From an uncultured Candidatus Cloacimonadota bacterium (GTDB lineage: Bacteria > Cloacimonadota > Cloacimonadia > Cloacimonadales > TCS61): a DNA stretch of 64,000 bases. The stretch lies in the NCBI GenBank assembly GCA_964521025.1, contig CAZFPK010000001.1, forward strand, positions 26,644 to 90,643. Reading direction: 5' to 3'. The notes below the pieces were generated by a model, which was not told where the DNA came from, ran no database searches, and saw nothing but the letters and a program-made list of their open reading frames with translations. How positions within the stretch are numbered: position 1 is the first letter of the stretch; every line of letters starts with the position of its first letter. Positions 10,217 to 19,508 of the stretch are shown here, piece after piece. A program made the translations under genes and the position numbers.

Positions 10217-11343
10217 TAGTTCACTTTCTTAATCTTATTTTGATTTAATTTTTCATTAATTGCATTTATATATTTTTTTATCACAATTTTCTCATCAAAA
10301 TTCGTCAATACCTTTTCGCGTCCTTTTTTCCCCATTTTTATTCTTTTCTCGTTTGGTAATTTCAACATCTCTACCATTTTGTCAACAAGATTATTTATAT
10401 CTTTAGTTTTACAAATAAAACCATTTATGCCATCATCAACAACATCTTTGCATCCAATATTATTGGTGGTAATAATCGGAATTTCCATACTTGCAGCTTC
10501 AAGTAGAGTTTTCGGAATCCCTTCTCTATAATATGATGGGAAAACAATACAATCTGTTTGTTTTAAAAATTCGATAACATTATCTGTTTCACCAAAAAAT
10601 TTGATATTACCTTTTTTTATCCATTCCGACATTTGATCATTAGAAACTGAATTAGGGTTGTATTCGTTTATCATACCAATCACATGAAATTCTGTTTTTT
10701 TATACTTTTGGGCAACAATCTCTGCAGCTTCAACATATTCTCCAATCCCTTTATCTCTTAACAATCTTCCAGAAAATAAAAAAACAAACTTCTTTGAACT
10801 ATTTTTTTTTATTGGAGAAAATTTATTGATATTTACTCCCGATCCCGGAACCGTATCCATAATTTTTTTTGGTACGATCTTATATTTCTGAAATAATTTC
10901 ATATCATCTAAATTTTGAAAAAAGATCTTTGTAGCAAAAGGTTGTGAAACTTTATATAAAAAAATAACAAACTTATATAAAAATGTATTCTTATTGAAGA
11001 TCATTCCCAGACCTGTGATATTGTTTATGCACGGGATTCCCAAAAATTTTGATGCTAAAGTACCATATATATTCGGTTTTATTGTAAAATGCAGAATCAG
11101 GTCAGGATTGATTTTTTTATATATAATAAATAATCGATAAAAAAGAATCAAATCCTCAAATATGTTTGTACCATGGTTTTTCATTTTTAATTCAAAATGA
11201 TCAAACTTGATTTTTTTTGAATATTTGTCCTTTGGAGCAAGAGTAATAATCTGGAAGTTGTTATTTTCAAGTTCTGACATTAAATTCATTCTGAAGTTAT
11301 ATAAACTCCAAGATGTATTAGATACAACTAAAACTTTTTTCAT
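10216..11343 (-). CDS. Glycosyltransferase, GT-B fold (GT4)
   Basis: 375 aa. MKKVLVVSNTSWSLYNFRMNLMSEL.. N-domain and ..VFPSYYREGIPKTLLEAASMEIPIITTNNIGCKDVVDDGINGF.. C-domain signature. Confidence 0.8.
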   Translation of the reverse strand: MKKVLVVSNTSWSLYNFRMNLMSELENNNFQIITLAPKDKYSKKIKFDHFELKMKNHGTNIFEDLILFYRLFIIYKKINPDLILHFTIKPNIYGTLASKFLGIPCINNITGLGMIFNKNTFLYKFVIFLYKVSQPFATKIFFQNLDDMKLFQKYKIVPKKIMDTVPGSGVNINKFSPIKKNSSKKFVFLFSGRLLRDKGIGEYVEAAEIVAQKYKKTEFHVIGMINEYNPNSVSNDQMSEWIKKGNIKFFGETDNVIEFLKQTDCIVFPSYYREGIPKTLLEAASMEIPIITTNNIGCKDVVDDGINGFICKTKDINNLVDKMVEMLKLPNEKRIKMGKKGREKVLTNFDEKIVIKKYINAINEKLNQNKIKKVN

Positions 11344-11346
11344 ATT

Positions 11347-12636
11347 TTACTTTTCTGGATTTAATACTTCTGCAAATTTTTCACTTAATTTTTTTCTCGA
11401 AAATTGTCTTATAGAATTATCTACTCCATGAATATTTTTCAATTCATCATTTAAATAAATGCATAAAATATTATTAATTACATTTTTTCCTTGAGATATA
11501 TTTCCTGATTGGACTGAAAAGCCGAGGTTAAATATTTTAATAAATCTTTCCTGTTCACTTTCTTCCGGACAAAATCCCAAAATGGGAATTTTCAAAGCCA
11601 AATAATCGAACACTTTTGCTGTTAAGATCAGTTTATATTTTTCATCTTCTGGTAAAAAAACCAGTAGTAAATCCGATTCACTTAATTTTTGGAGAAGTCG
11701 ATGGTACTTTAATCTTGGAATAACTTCTATCATAATATTCTTATCATTTAATTTTTTTTCGTATTTCTCCTTTAATACATAAAAATAATTCCTGAATTCG
11801 CCGATAAATCTAATTATGATCTTTTGGTTTTTATTATCTATTTTCATTAATGATCTATACAGATCAAGAGGAGAAAGGTCTTTATAAAAACTCCCGCAGA
11901 AAGTGAATATCATGTTGCTTTTATCATTTTTCGGAGCAGCAGGAAATTTGAAATCGGATTCATCAAAACCGTTTGTGATCACTTCGATCCTGTTTTCTTT
12001 CATTTTATATTTTTTTAATAAATATTCTTTCATTCCAGGAGTAACGACAATTATTTTTTGAGCGAATCCTGTGATCTTTCTCTCCCAATAATTATTCAAG
12101 ATCTTATTAAAAAATCGTTGTGTCAAAAAAGGATGATCCGCCCAAAGATCACGGAATTCCAGGAATAAGGGAATATTATATTTTTTAGTTAAAAGATATC
12201 CTGTTATTGCAGTATGAAATATTCCTCCGAGCGAGACATAGATCGCATCGATAGGATAAGTTTTAATTATTTTTTGAGCAGCATGATAGCAAAAAGGCAT
12301 CCATCCGATTTTATCATCGATCGGGAAAATTGATTTTATAAAATTTGTCAGTTTTTCATTGGATTGATGGAGTTTTTTTGAAATTTCGGTTTTCCTGTTT
12401 TTTTGGAATACTCTCAGAATTCTGAAAAAATCAAAAGTCTCTGTTCGGATCATTTTCAAATCAGGAATATCTTTATAAAGTTCTTTATCTTCCTGATAAA
12501 AATCGATTTCCTTAACAGTAAGAATGATCGGATTCCAGCCGAATTGAGGTAAATATTTGGCGAATTTTCCAATACGGATTGCCGGAGGTAGATTCAAGGG
12601 AGGAGCAAAGTATGAGATCATCAAAATATTTTTCAC
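11347..12636 (-). CDS. Glycosyltransferase-like protein (GT4-type N-domain, divergent)
   Basis: 429 aa. MKNILMISYFAPPLNLPPAIRIGKFAKYLPQFGWNPIILT.. resembles GT4 N-terminal domains. The C-terminal Rossmann-like half has no clean E-x7-E. Operon context. Confidence 0.45.
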   Translation of the reverse strand: MKNILMISYFAPPLNLPPAIRIGKFAKYLPQFGWNPIILTVKEIDFYQEDKELYKDIPDLKMIRTETFDFFRILRVFQKNRKTEISKKLHQSNEKLTNFIKSIFPIDDKIGWMPFCYHAAQKIIKTYPIDAIYVSLGGIFHTAITGYLLTKKYNIPLFLEFRDLWADHPFLTQRFFNKILNNYWERKITGFAQKIIVVTPGMKEYLLKKYKMKENRIEVITNGFDESDFKFPAAPKNDKSNMIFTFCGSFYKDLSPLDLYRSLMKIDNKNQKIIIRFIGEFRNYFYVLKEKYEKKLNDKNIMIEVIPRLKYHRLLQKLSESDLLLVFLPEDEKYKLILTAKVFDYLALKIPILGFCPEESEQERFIKIFNLGFSVQSGNISQGKNVINNILCIYLNDELKNIHGVDNSIRQFSRKKLSEKFAEVLNPEK

Positions 12637-14360
12637 GAATTATCCTCACTTTCTATTTGGACCAGTTTAATGATAACATTCGTATCTGCTTTTACATCTT
12701 TAAAGATAATACGATTTCCAAGGATATTATTCTCCGCTCCTTTAATTTCATGAAATTTGAAATTCCCATAAAAAGAAATACTGATTTTTTTTATTTCAGC
12801 AGGAAAATAGACACTGAACATATCGCGGGATAGCTCTTTTATCAGAACTGATTCTCGTTTTTCCCACCATGCGGCGATTTCTTTATAAGTTCCCCAAAAT
12901 ATTTTCTTTTGATGAAGATTTTTCAGCATTTGATCAAACAGAGTCCGAGTATAATTAATATCAGCAAAATTTGGAACTGATAAATCCAGAGAAAAAAGAC
13001 CGTTTACATTATTCACTGATTTCATCAATTTATCTATCAATTCTGCTGCTTTTTCCATTGATAGAATTTTTACTTTTGATAGCTTCAGAGAATTATCGGA
13101 AAAAGTTAAAGGAATTTCCAGGCAATTTTTCTTAAATTGTTTACCGGTTTTTCCTGTTTTATCTTTCTTTCCCCGGGGAAATATCCTGTAAGGAAAACCG
13201 ATACCATTTTTAAAACCGGTATGATCGAGAAAAGACATAGATGAATCGTAGAGATAATTATTTTTATTATGAAGCTCGGGAGTGATATCAAAATCGAATT
13301 TGAATTTATTTTGTCTCACCCCGATATTTTTTTCGTTGATCGCATTTAACAGACTTTTTTTCTGATTGGCATGAGTATCGCTTCGATAGGATTTTGACGA
13401 AGCTAAAAGGGCAATTTCATTACCTTTTTCTTTGATCCTGTTTATTTCTTCTTCAACATCCGGTTCATCGATAAGATAATCAGCATCATCTTTAGAATTT
13501 GATTCAACTCCCCAGAAAAATGTGCTGTTCACTTTATATTTATCTTCGATTTCATAAATCTCTTCAAAATTCCAATACTCTTCGATATTCGTCATCAAAT
13601 ATTTGAGTTTACTGAAAAAACTTTTAAAATTGTATCGAACTTTATAGAACATCATTAATTCATTAATTGTGCTTGTAATAATAGATGAATAATTCCATTT
13701 CTGTAAATGATCGACTGTATGTGAAATGCAGACAGCGAAATTTTCAGCTGCAGGCCAGAAATCTTTTTTAACAAGGATATGTGTTTGTTTTTCTTTTATG
13801 GAATTTTGCAGGAAATTATCCATCAACCAGAGAAAAGCATTTATATAAGGAAAAAGAGAGTATTCAAGTAGAAATGTATCAGAATCGGAGATCTTTCCGG
13901 AGTTTTCATCTGAACAGGAAATATGAGTATAATGATTCACCAGACTGAAAAAGATATTTCCAATTATATCAAACAAGAATTTACCATAATAGAGTTTCTC
14001 ATTACTTGAAAATAATACAGGAGTTTTCAATATTTGTTTTGAAAAAACCGGAACAATATTACCGACAAGACTTATATTTTTCAGTAAGTTCTTCAATTTT
14101 TCAATTTCAAAATTTTGGACTGAATATAAAGTAATTTCAACCGGAACATAAAACAATATTTTATTAAACGCTAAAATATGAGCTTCTCTCTCATTGGGTT
14201 CGATCAATCCGTAATAAAATAAAATATCATTATCATTTAATTGATCCAGTTTCGTGATACATTTGTATTCATATCCTAAAGTCTGAAAGATAAAATCAAG
14301 AGTATAATATATTTCCTCGTAATACTTTTCTATTTTATTATCGATATATACAGCAATCAT
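12633..14360 (-). CDS. Deacetylase-like/hypothetical polysaccharide-modifying protein, distant paralog of 4187..5728
   Basis: 575 aa, first gene of the operon. ..FAVCISHTVDH..STFFWGVES.. and C-terminal YKEIAAWWEKRESV parallel the 513-aa protein. The function is inferred only. Confidence 0.4.
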   Translation of the reverse strand: MIAVYIDNKIEKYYEEIYYTLDFIFQTLGYEYKCITKLDQLNDNDILFYYGLIEPNEREAHILAFNKILFYVPVEITLYSVQNFEIEKLKNLLKNISLVGNIVPVFSKQILKTPVLFSSNEKLYYGKFLFDIIGNIFFSLVNHYTHISCSDENSGKISDSDTFLLEYSLFPYINAFLWLMDNFLQNSIKEKQTHILVKKDFWPAAENFAVCISHTVDHLQKWNYSSIITSTINELMMFYKVRYNFKSFFSKLKYLMTNIEEYWNFEEIYEIEDKYKVNSTFFWGVESNSKDDADYLIDEPDVEEEINRIKEKGNEIALLASSKSYRSDTHANQKKSLLNAINEKNIGVRQNKFKFDFDITPELHNKNNYLYDSSMSFLDHTGFKNGIGFPYRIFPRGKKDKTGKTGKQFKKNCLEIPLTFSDNSLKLSKVKILSMEKAAELIDKLMKSVNNVNGLFSLDLSVPNFADINYTRTLFDQMLKNLHQKKIFWGTYKEIAAWWEKRESVLIKELSRDMFSVYFPAEIKKISISFYGNFKFHEIKGAENNILGNRIIFKDVKADTNVIIKLVQIESEDNS

Positions 14361-14510
14361 CCGATTCCTCTCAGGAACTCTATAAACTTATCGAGATTCA
14401 TTTTGCTCCTAAAAATAATTTATTTGTTTTTGTCAATATGCATTTTTTAAAGAAGTTTTCAACAAATTCTTTGACATCAAAAAACACTCTTAACATTTTG
14501 CTTTCTGTTT

Positions 14511-14583
<73 letters not shown>

Positions 14584-14771
14584 TTTTTTTATTATTCTTT
14601 GAAGATCGAGTGCGAAAGAATAAGAATAATATTAAACGAGAAATATCCAACGGATGAAGAAGTAAAAATCCTTAAAATCCGTATTTATTTTAATTGACAG
14701 ATAATATTGCTTTTTTGGGTTGATTTTATTAGATTATTTAAATAAATTGAATGAAATAAAAGGAGTTATTG

Positions 14772-17492
14772 ATGAGCAAAAAAAGAGTGTATCTCTTCGG
14801 AGATGGAAAAGCAGACGGCAAAACAGAAATGAAAAACCTGCTTGGCGGCAAAGGAGCAAACCTCGCTGAAATGAATTTGATTGGCATCCCTGTTCCACCT
14901 GGTTTTACGATTACATCAGATGTTTGCACTGAATATAACAATCTAGGGAAAGAAAAGATCATGGAATTATTAAGACCGGAAGTTGATGCCGGAATTAAAA
15001 ATATTGAAAAAATTATGGGAACATCTTTTGGTGATATGGAAAATCCCTGTCTTGTTTCAGTTCGCTCAGGAGCGAGGGTTTCCATGCCCGGAATGATGGA
15101 TACCGTTTTGAATATCGGATTAAATGATAATACAATTAAAGGATTAATAAATAAAACCGGAAATGAACGCTTTGTCTGGGATTCTTACCGGCGTTTTGTC
15201 CAGATGTACGGTGATGTTGTTCTGGGAATGAAACCGGCATCTAAAGAAGAAATCGATCCTTTTGAAAAAATCATCGATGCGCTCAAAGAGAAGAAACAGG
15301 TTACTGACGATACGCAATTAACTGCTGATGATCTGAAAAACCTGGTGATGAAATTTAAAAAAATAATAAAAGAATTCACCGGATTTGATTTTCCTGAAGA
15401 TCCCAAAGAACAACTTTGGGGTGCAATTTGTGCGGTTTTTGACAGTTGGAATACAGCACGAGCAATATATTATCGCAAGATCAATGAAATTCCTGATGAT
15501 TGGGGAACAGCAGTCAATGTTCAAGCTATGGTGTACGGCAATATGGGTAATAATTCCGCTACAGGTGTTGCTTTCACCAGAGATGCGGCTACAGGGGAAA
15601 ATATATTTAACGGTGAATACTTGATAAATGCTCAAGGTGAAGATGTTGTCGCCGGCATTAGAACTCCTCAACAAATCACTCTCGAGGGTTCGAAAAGATG
15701 GGCGGAACTTCAATTTATCGATGAGCAGAAAAGAGCAGAAAATTATCCTTCTCTGGAAGAGACAATGTCGATATCGTATCAGGAACTTTATGATATCGAA
15801 ATAAAATTGGAAAACCATTACCATGATATGCAGGATCTTGAATTTACAATTCAGGATGGTAAACTATGGATACTCCAGACCCGGAATGGAAAACGAACCG
15901 GTTCGGCAATGGTCAAGATGGCAATCGATATGTTTAACCAGGGTTTGATCGATGAAAAAACAGCTATTTTGAGAGTCGAACCTAATAAATTAGATGAATT
16001 ATTACATCCTGTTTTCGATGCTGAAGCGATTAAAAAAGCAACTGTTATTGCTCAAGGACTTCCCGCATCTCCCGGAGCTGCCTCAGGACAAATAGTTTTC
16101 TTTGCGGAAGAGGCAGAAAAATGGGCATTTGTCGATAAAAAAGTTATCCTTGTTAGAATTGAAACATCTCCTGAAGATTTACGGGGTATGAATGTTTCTC
16201 AAGGTATTTTAACAGCTCGTGGAGGAATGACATCTCATGCTGCAGTTGTTGCTCGCGGTATGGGAAAATGTTGTGTTTCCGGAGCCGGTTCTCTTCAGAT
16301 AGATTACAAAGCAAGAACTATGATCTGTAATGATCTCGTATTTCACGAAGGTGATTGGATATCTTTAAACGGAACGACCGGAGAAGTATATAAAGGAAAA
16401 GTAGAGACCAGAATTCCCGATATTAGTGGAAATTTCGGTAAATTAATGGATATTTGTGATAAACATACCAAGATGGGAGTCAGGACTAATGCCGATACAC
16501 CTCGTGATGCAAAAGTTGCCCGAGATTTCGGAGCTAGCGGGATCGGTCTTTGCCGAACCGAACACATGTTCTTCGAAGGTGACAGGATAAAAGCTGTACG
16601 CGAAATGATCCTGGCAGAAGATGAAAAGGGACGAAGAAAAGCATTAGCTAAGCTGCTTCCGATGCAAAGAGAAGATTTCGAAGGAATTTTCACAGCAATG
16701 GAAAACCTCCCGGTAACCGTTCGTCTCCTGGATCCTCCCTTGCATGAATTTGTTCCCAAAAATGCAAAAGAACAAAAAGAAATGGCAGTAGAGATGGGAA
16801 TTAATTTTAAAGAAGTTAAATCCAGAGTAGAATCATTATCAGAGATAAATCCGATGCTCGGTCATCGCGGCTGCAGGTTGGGAAATACTTACCCCGAGAT
16901 AACGGAAACACAAACCCGGGCTATTATCGAAGCCACCCTGAATCTGAAGACAAAAGGGATCAAGGCAAAACCGGAGATCATGATACCTTTGATCGGAACA
17001 GTAGAAGAATTTAAATTGCAGGAAGAAATCGTCAGGAAAGTTGCGGAAGAAGTTTTTGCAGAAAGAAATGAGAAAATAGATTACCTGGTCGGAACTATGA
17101 TCGAAATACCTCGCGCAGCACTTACTGCCGATAAAGTCGCTGAACATGCCCAATTCTTCAGTTACGGTACAAATGACCTGACACAAATGACTTACGGTTA
17201 TAGCAGAGATGATGCCGGAAAATTTCTGAAAATCTATATCGAAAAAGGAATTCTGAAACACGATCCATTCCAGGTTCTTGACCAGGAGGGAGTCGGACAA
17301 CTCGTGGAAATGGGAGTCATCAAAGGAAGAACAACCAGACCGGACTTGAAAATCGGAATCTGCGGTGAACATGGTGGAGAACCGAATTCAATCAATTTCT
17401 GTCATCGTATCGGGATGGATTATGTCAGTTGTTCACCCTATCGAATTCCGATTGCCCGTCTAGCTGCTGCTCAGGCTGCTCTAAAAAAATAA
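14772..17492 (+). CDS. ppdK: Pyruvate, phosphate dikinase
   Basis: About 906 aa. Phosphohistidine loop GGMTSHAAVVARG, ..GLCRTEHMF.., ..CGEHGGEP..SCSPYRIP.. ATG 14772 is preceded by AAAGGAG. The track start 14769 is a TTG one codon upstream. Confidence 0.95.
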   Translation: MSKKRVYLFGDGKADGKTEMKNLLGGKGANLAEMNLIGIPVPPGFTITSDVCTEYNNLGKEKIMELLRPEVDAGIKNIEKIMGTSFGDMENPCLVSVRSGARVSMPGMMDTVLNIGLNDNTIKGLINKTGNERFVWDSYRRFVQMYGDVVLGMKPASKEEIDPFEKIIDALKEKKQVTDDTQLTADDLKNLVMKFKKIIKEFTGFDFPEDPKEQLWGAICAVFDSWNTARAIYYRKINEIPDDWGTAVNVQAMVYGNMGNNSATGVAFTRDAATGENIFNGEYLINAQGEDVVAGIRTPQQITLEGSKRWAELQFIDEQKRAENYPSLEETMSISYQELYDIEIKLENHYHDMQDLEFTIQDGKLWILQTRNGKRTGSAMVKMAIDMFNQGLIDEKTAILRVEPNKLDELLHPVFDAEAIKKATVIAQGLPASPGAASGQIVFFAEEAEKWAFVDKKVILVRIETSPEDLRGMNVSQGILTARGGMTSHAAVVARGMGKCCVSGAGSLQIDYKARTMICNDLVFHEGDWISLNGTTGEVYKGKVETRIPDISGNFGKLMDICDKHTKMGVRTNADTPRDAKVARDFGASGIGLCRTEHMFFEGDRIKAVREMILAEDEKGRRKALAKLLPMQREDFEGIFTAMENLPVTVRLLDPPLHEFVPKNAKEQKEMAVEMGINFKEVKSRVESLSEINPMLGHRGCRLGNTYPEITETQTRAIIEATLNLKTKGIKAKPEIMIPLIGTVEEFKLQEEIVRKVAEEVFAERNEKIDYLVGTMIEIPRAALTADKVAEHAQFFSYGTNDLTQMTYGYSRDDAGKFLKIYIEKGILKHDPFQVLDQEGVGQLVEMGVIKGRTTRPDLKIGICGEHGGEPNSINFCHRIGMDYVSCSPYRIPIARLAAAQAALKK

Positions 17493-17507
17493 TGACCGGA
17501 TAATAAA

Positions 17508-17545
17508 AACCTTCAAGGTTATTACAGCCTTGAAGGTTTTTTTTC
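17508..17545 (+). terminator. Rho-independent terminator of ppdK
   Basis: aaccttcaagg-ttattacag-ccttgaaggtt followed by T7, 16 nt after the ppdK stop. Confidence 0.8.
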
Positions 17546-17918
17546 TGAAATCATCAAAAAAAAATGCTTGCTCCCAAACTCCAGGTTGGGTATATTAAGA
17601 TCAAAAAAGCTCTCTCCCCCTTGAAAAGTTCATTAATGAAATCGAGCTTTTATTCCAAATGTTTTATTCCCGAAGTATTGGAATGTCCGGGAACAAGCTA
17701 ATGACTCCCGAAGTGTTAAAATCCGGAAGTTCTAATTAAAATAATTCTCTAATAGAGATCACCTGTAAACTATGAAAACTTGAGTTAAGTTTGCTTAAGC
17801 TGGCTTGACTTAAGTTTCCCACGATCGACTATGACTCGAAACCGCTGATAATGTTTTTTCAACTCGTTGCTGCACTTACAAGTCGAAAACGAAAAAAAAC
17901 CGACAATAAGGAAGAACT

Positions 17919-18323
17919 CTAATTTACATTTTCCTTTTCCAAAGCAAACCTGATAATCGAATGCAGTTCGTTATCTTCAAACGGTTTGATCAGGTAACCG
18001 TAAGGCTTGGTCTTTTTTGCTTCCGAGATCGTATTTTCATCAGCATAAGCCGAAATATAGATCAATGGAATCCTATGATTATCCAGGGTATGTTTTGCTG
18101 TCTGGATACCGGTTAGTTCTCCTTCCAGCATGATATCCATTAAGATCAGGTCGGGAGAGAGCTCGGTAATTTTCTTGATGGCGGCTTCTCCGGAAGAGAC
18201 GATCGCAGGAACTTCATACCCGAAATTATTTAGAGTCATCTTCAGGTCTTGAGCAATGATCTTTTCGTCTTCGACTATTAAAATTCCTGCCATGTCTTTT
18301 TTACATGTCCTTTTTTTGTTCAT
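17919..18323 (-). CDS. Single-domain response regulator (CheY-like receiver only), cassette A
   Basis: 134 aa. ..ILIVEDEKIIAQDL..PDLILMDIMLEGELTGIQ..YISAYADE..GYLIKPF.. (acidic pocket DE, phospho-Asp in LMD, T/S and K positions present). No output domain. Confidence 0.85.
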   Translation of the reverse strand: MNKKRTCKKDMAGILIVEDEKIIAQDLKMTLNNFGYEVPAIVSSGEAAIKKITELSPDLILMDIMLEGELTGIQTAKHTLDNHRIPLIYISAYADENTISEAKKTKPYGYLIKPFEDNELHSIIRFALEKENVN

Positions 18324-18328
18324 AAAAC

Positions 18329-18412
18329 TTAATCATTCTTTTCTATCATGATGATCTGAATCTCACCTTTGTAGATAATGATTATGTAATCTTCGAATTT
18401 ATAGATTTTCAT
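18329..18412 (-). CDS. 27-aa mini-protein MKIYKFEDYIIIIYKGEIQIIMIEKND (below the ORF-track cutoff)
   Basis: Found by hand. It sits between the 85-aa ORF (1 nt gap) and the receiver gene (5 nt gap), with AAAGGA 6 nt upstream of the ATG. It shares the [DG]Y-x-I-[IV]-x3-[GE]-[EK]-I-[YFQ]-[IV]-[IV] motif with three other small ORFs in the island. Confidence 0.45.
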   Translation of the reverse strand: MKIYKFEDYIIIIYKGEIQIIMIEKND

Positions 18413-18413
18413 T

Positions 18414-18671
18414 TTATTCCTTTTCGATTATGAAGATTTCACCGTCAACTTCAACAATAACATAATCTTCATTAAAATCTAAAACTTCAAATTCCGTACC
18501 TTCGAGTTCCTCGATGGTAATATATTCGATTTCATCATCCAGGTTTTCTTCGATAACAAAAACCACATCATCCTTTACCGAAGCTTCCAAATCTGCTAAT
18601 GTGAGAGCATAACTTAACGAGTTAAAAGTTACAACAATCAGCAGTAAAATCGTGCATAAAATCTTACGCAT
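18414..18671 (-). CDS. Small secreted protein (85 aa) with a C-terminal mini-domain shared with 27702..27932
   Basis: Start set to ATG 18671 (AGGGGGA SD 4-5 nt upstream). Signal peptide MRKILCTILLLIVVTFNSLSYA. C-terminus ITIEELEGTEFEVLDFNEDYVIVEVDGEIFIIEKE aligns with ITWKELEGEEYEILEVGPGYTIVRYKGKIYVVYD. Confidence 0.6.
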   Translation of the reverse strand: MRKILCTILLLIVVTFNSLSYALTLADLEASVKDDVVFVIEENLDDEIEYITIEELEGTEFEVLDFNEDYVIVEVDGEIFIIEKE

Positions 18672-18972
18672 TTTTCCCCCTTTCATATTAATATGTCAAA
18701 AAAGTAGAAAGTGTGACAACACCACTCAAAAAAAATTATTTTTTTTTTTAGAAATTAGATTTGAGTCCACTCTAAAAAACTTATTTTTAGAAAAAGTGAA
18801 TCTGTTGAAACAGTTAATGTGTTTTTCTTTTTTCATTAACCACCAACTTAATTTGGTGATTAATAATAAGATAGAAACCTCCAACCGATTCATCGGTTTC
18901 AAATTAATTAATGAATTTTCTAACATATCACTAATCATTCAATTTTTAGAGTAAATTCAGATTTTCAGTTAC

Positions 18973-19050
18973 TTATTTTGAAGTTTCTACAATGTAAATT
19001 TCTTCATCGATAACGACAATTGTATATCCGGGACAGTGATAAATTCTCAT
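18973..19050 (-). CDS. 25-aa mini-protein MRIYHCPGYTIVVIDEEIYIVETSK (below the ORF-track cutoff)
   Basis: Found by hand. Strong SD (AAAAAGGGGG) 5 nt before the ATG. Same motif as the other mini-proteins (PGYTIV..IY.V is near-identical to the 76-aa protein's PGYTIVRYKGKIYVV). Confidence 0.45.
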   Translation of the reverse strand: MRIYHCPGYTIVVIDEEIYIVETSK

Positions 19051-19508
19051 GATAACCCCCTTTTTAAATTTGTCTGCGAAGTTTTTATTTATTTATTTTG
19101 TGTCAATAATATCATTCGAAGAAATGTCATTGGATCATTCAAGATTAGTTAGTGTTCATCCGTAAACTCATCCCCTGCCCCTCTCTTGAACCATCTTTAA
19201 TTCTCCCTTTAGTAAAGGGAGATGAAATAGATTTTTTGAGATTAGAAGAGAGGGGAGAATTTGGAAACACGAATCCCTTTATCCATCAGTATTTCTCCTC
19301 TTTGTCAAAGACAGTGTCCGGCTTTTGACGGAGGGATTAGGGGAGTTTGTGATAAAAAAAACGACTCTAGGGATATACTCCGGTAAGTATTTATTGTGAA
19401 ATAGTATCCATAAAATATTGTCATTATTAAATTTCTTGACAATGATTAATGTTTTAAAGTTTAAGGTTAGTAACAAAATTTTTAAATGTTTATGGAAGTG
19501 AAGTAATT

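Noticed and set aside
14738-17372. Track ORFs antisense or out of frame within ppdK (14738..15085, 15185..15406, 15318..15824, 15385..15624, 16343..16759, 16839..17372).
   Set aside because: They lie entirely inside a high-confidence 906-aa conserved gene. Their products are low-complexity with no recognisable motifs, typical shadow ORFs. The same reasoning applies to the other embedded ORFs in the track (e.g. 2348..2533, 3480..3782, 3930..4349, 9396..9929, 33460..34242, 38040..39434, 48204..49835, 59109..60227, 62089..63228, 63542..63979).
18687-18972. ORFs 18652..18954 (plus) and 18726..18938 (minus) in the spacer between the 25-aa and 85-aa ORFs.
   Set aside because: They are mutually antisense, extremely AT-rich and low-complexity (poly-K/F/N), with no SD. 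This is more likely promoter or leader DNA for the 85-aa / 27-aa / receiver operon.
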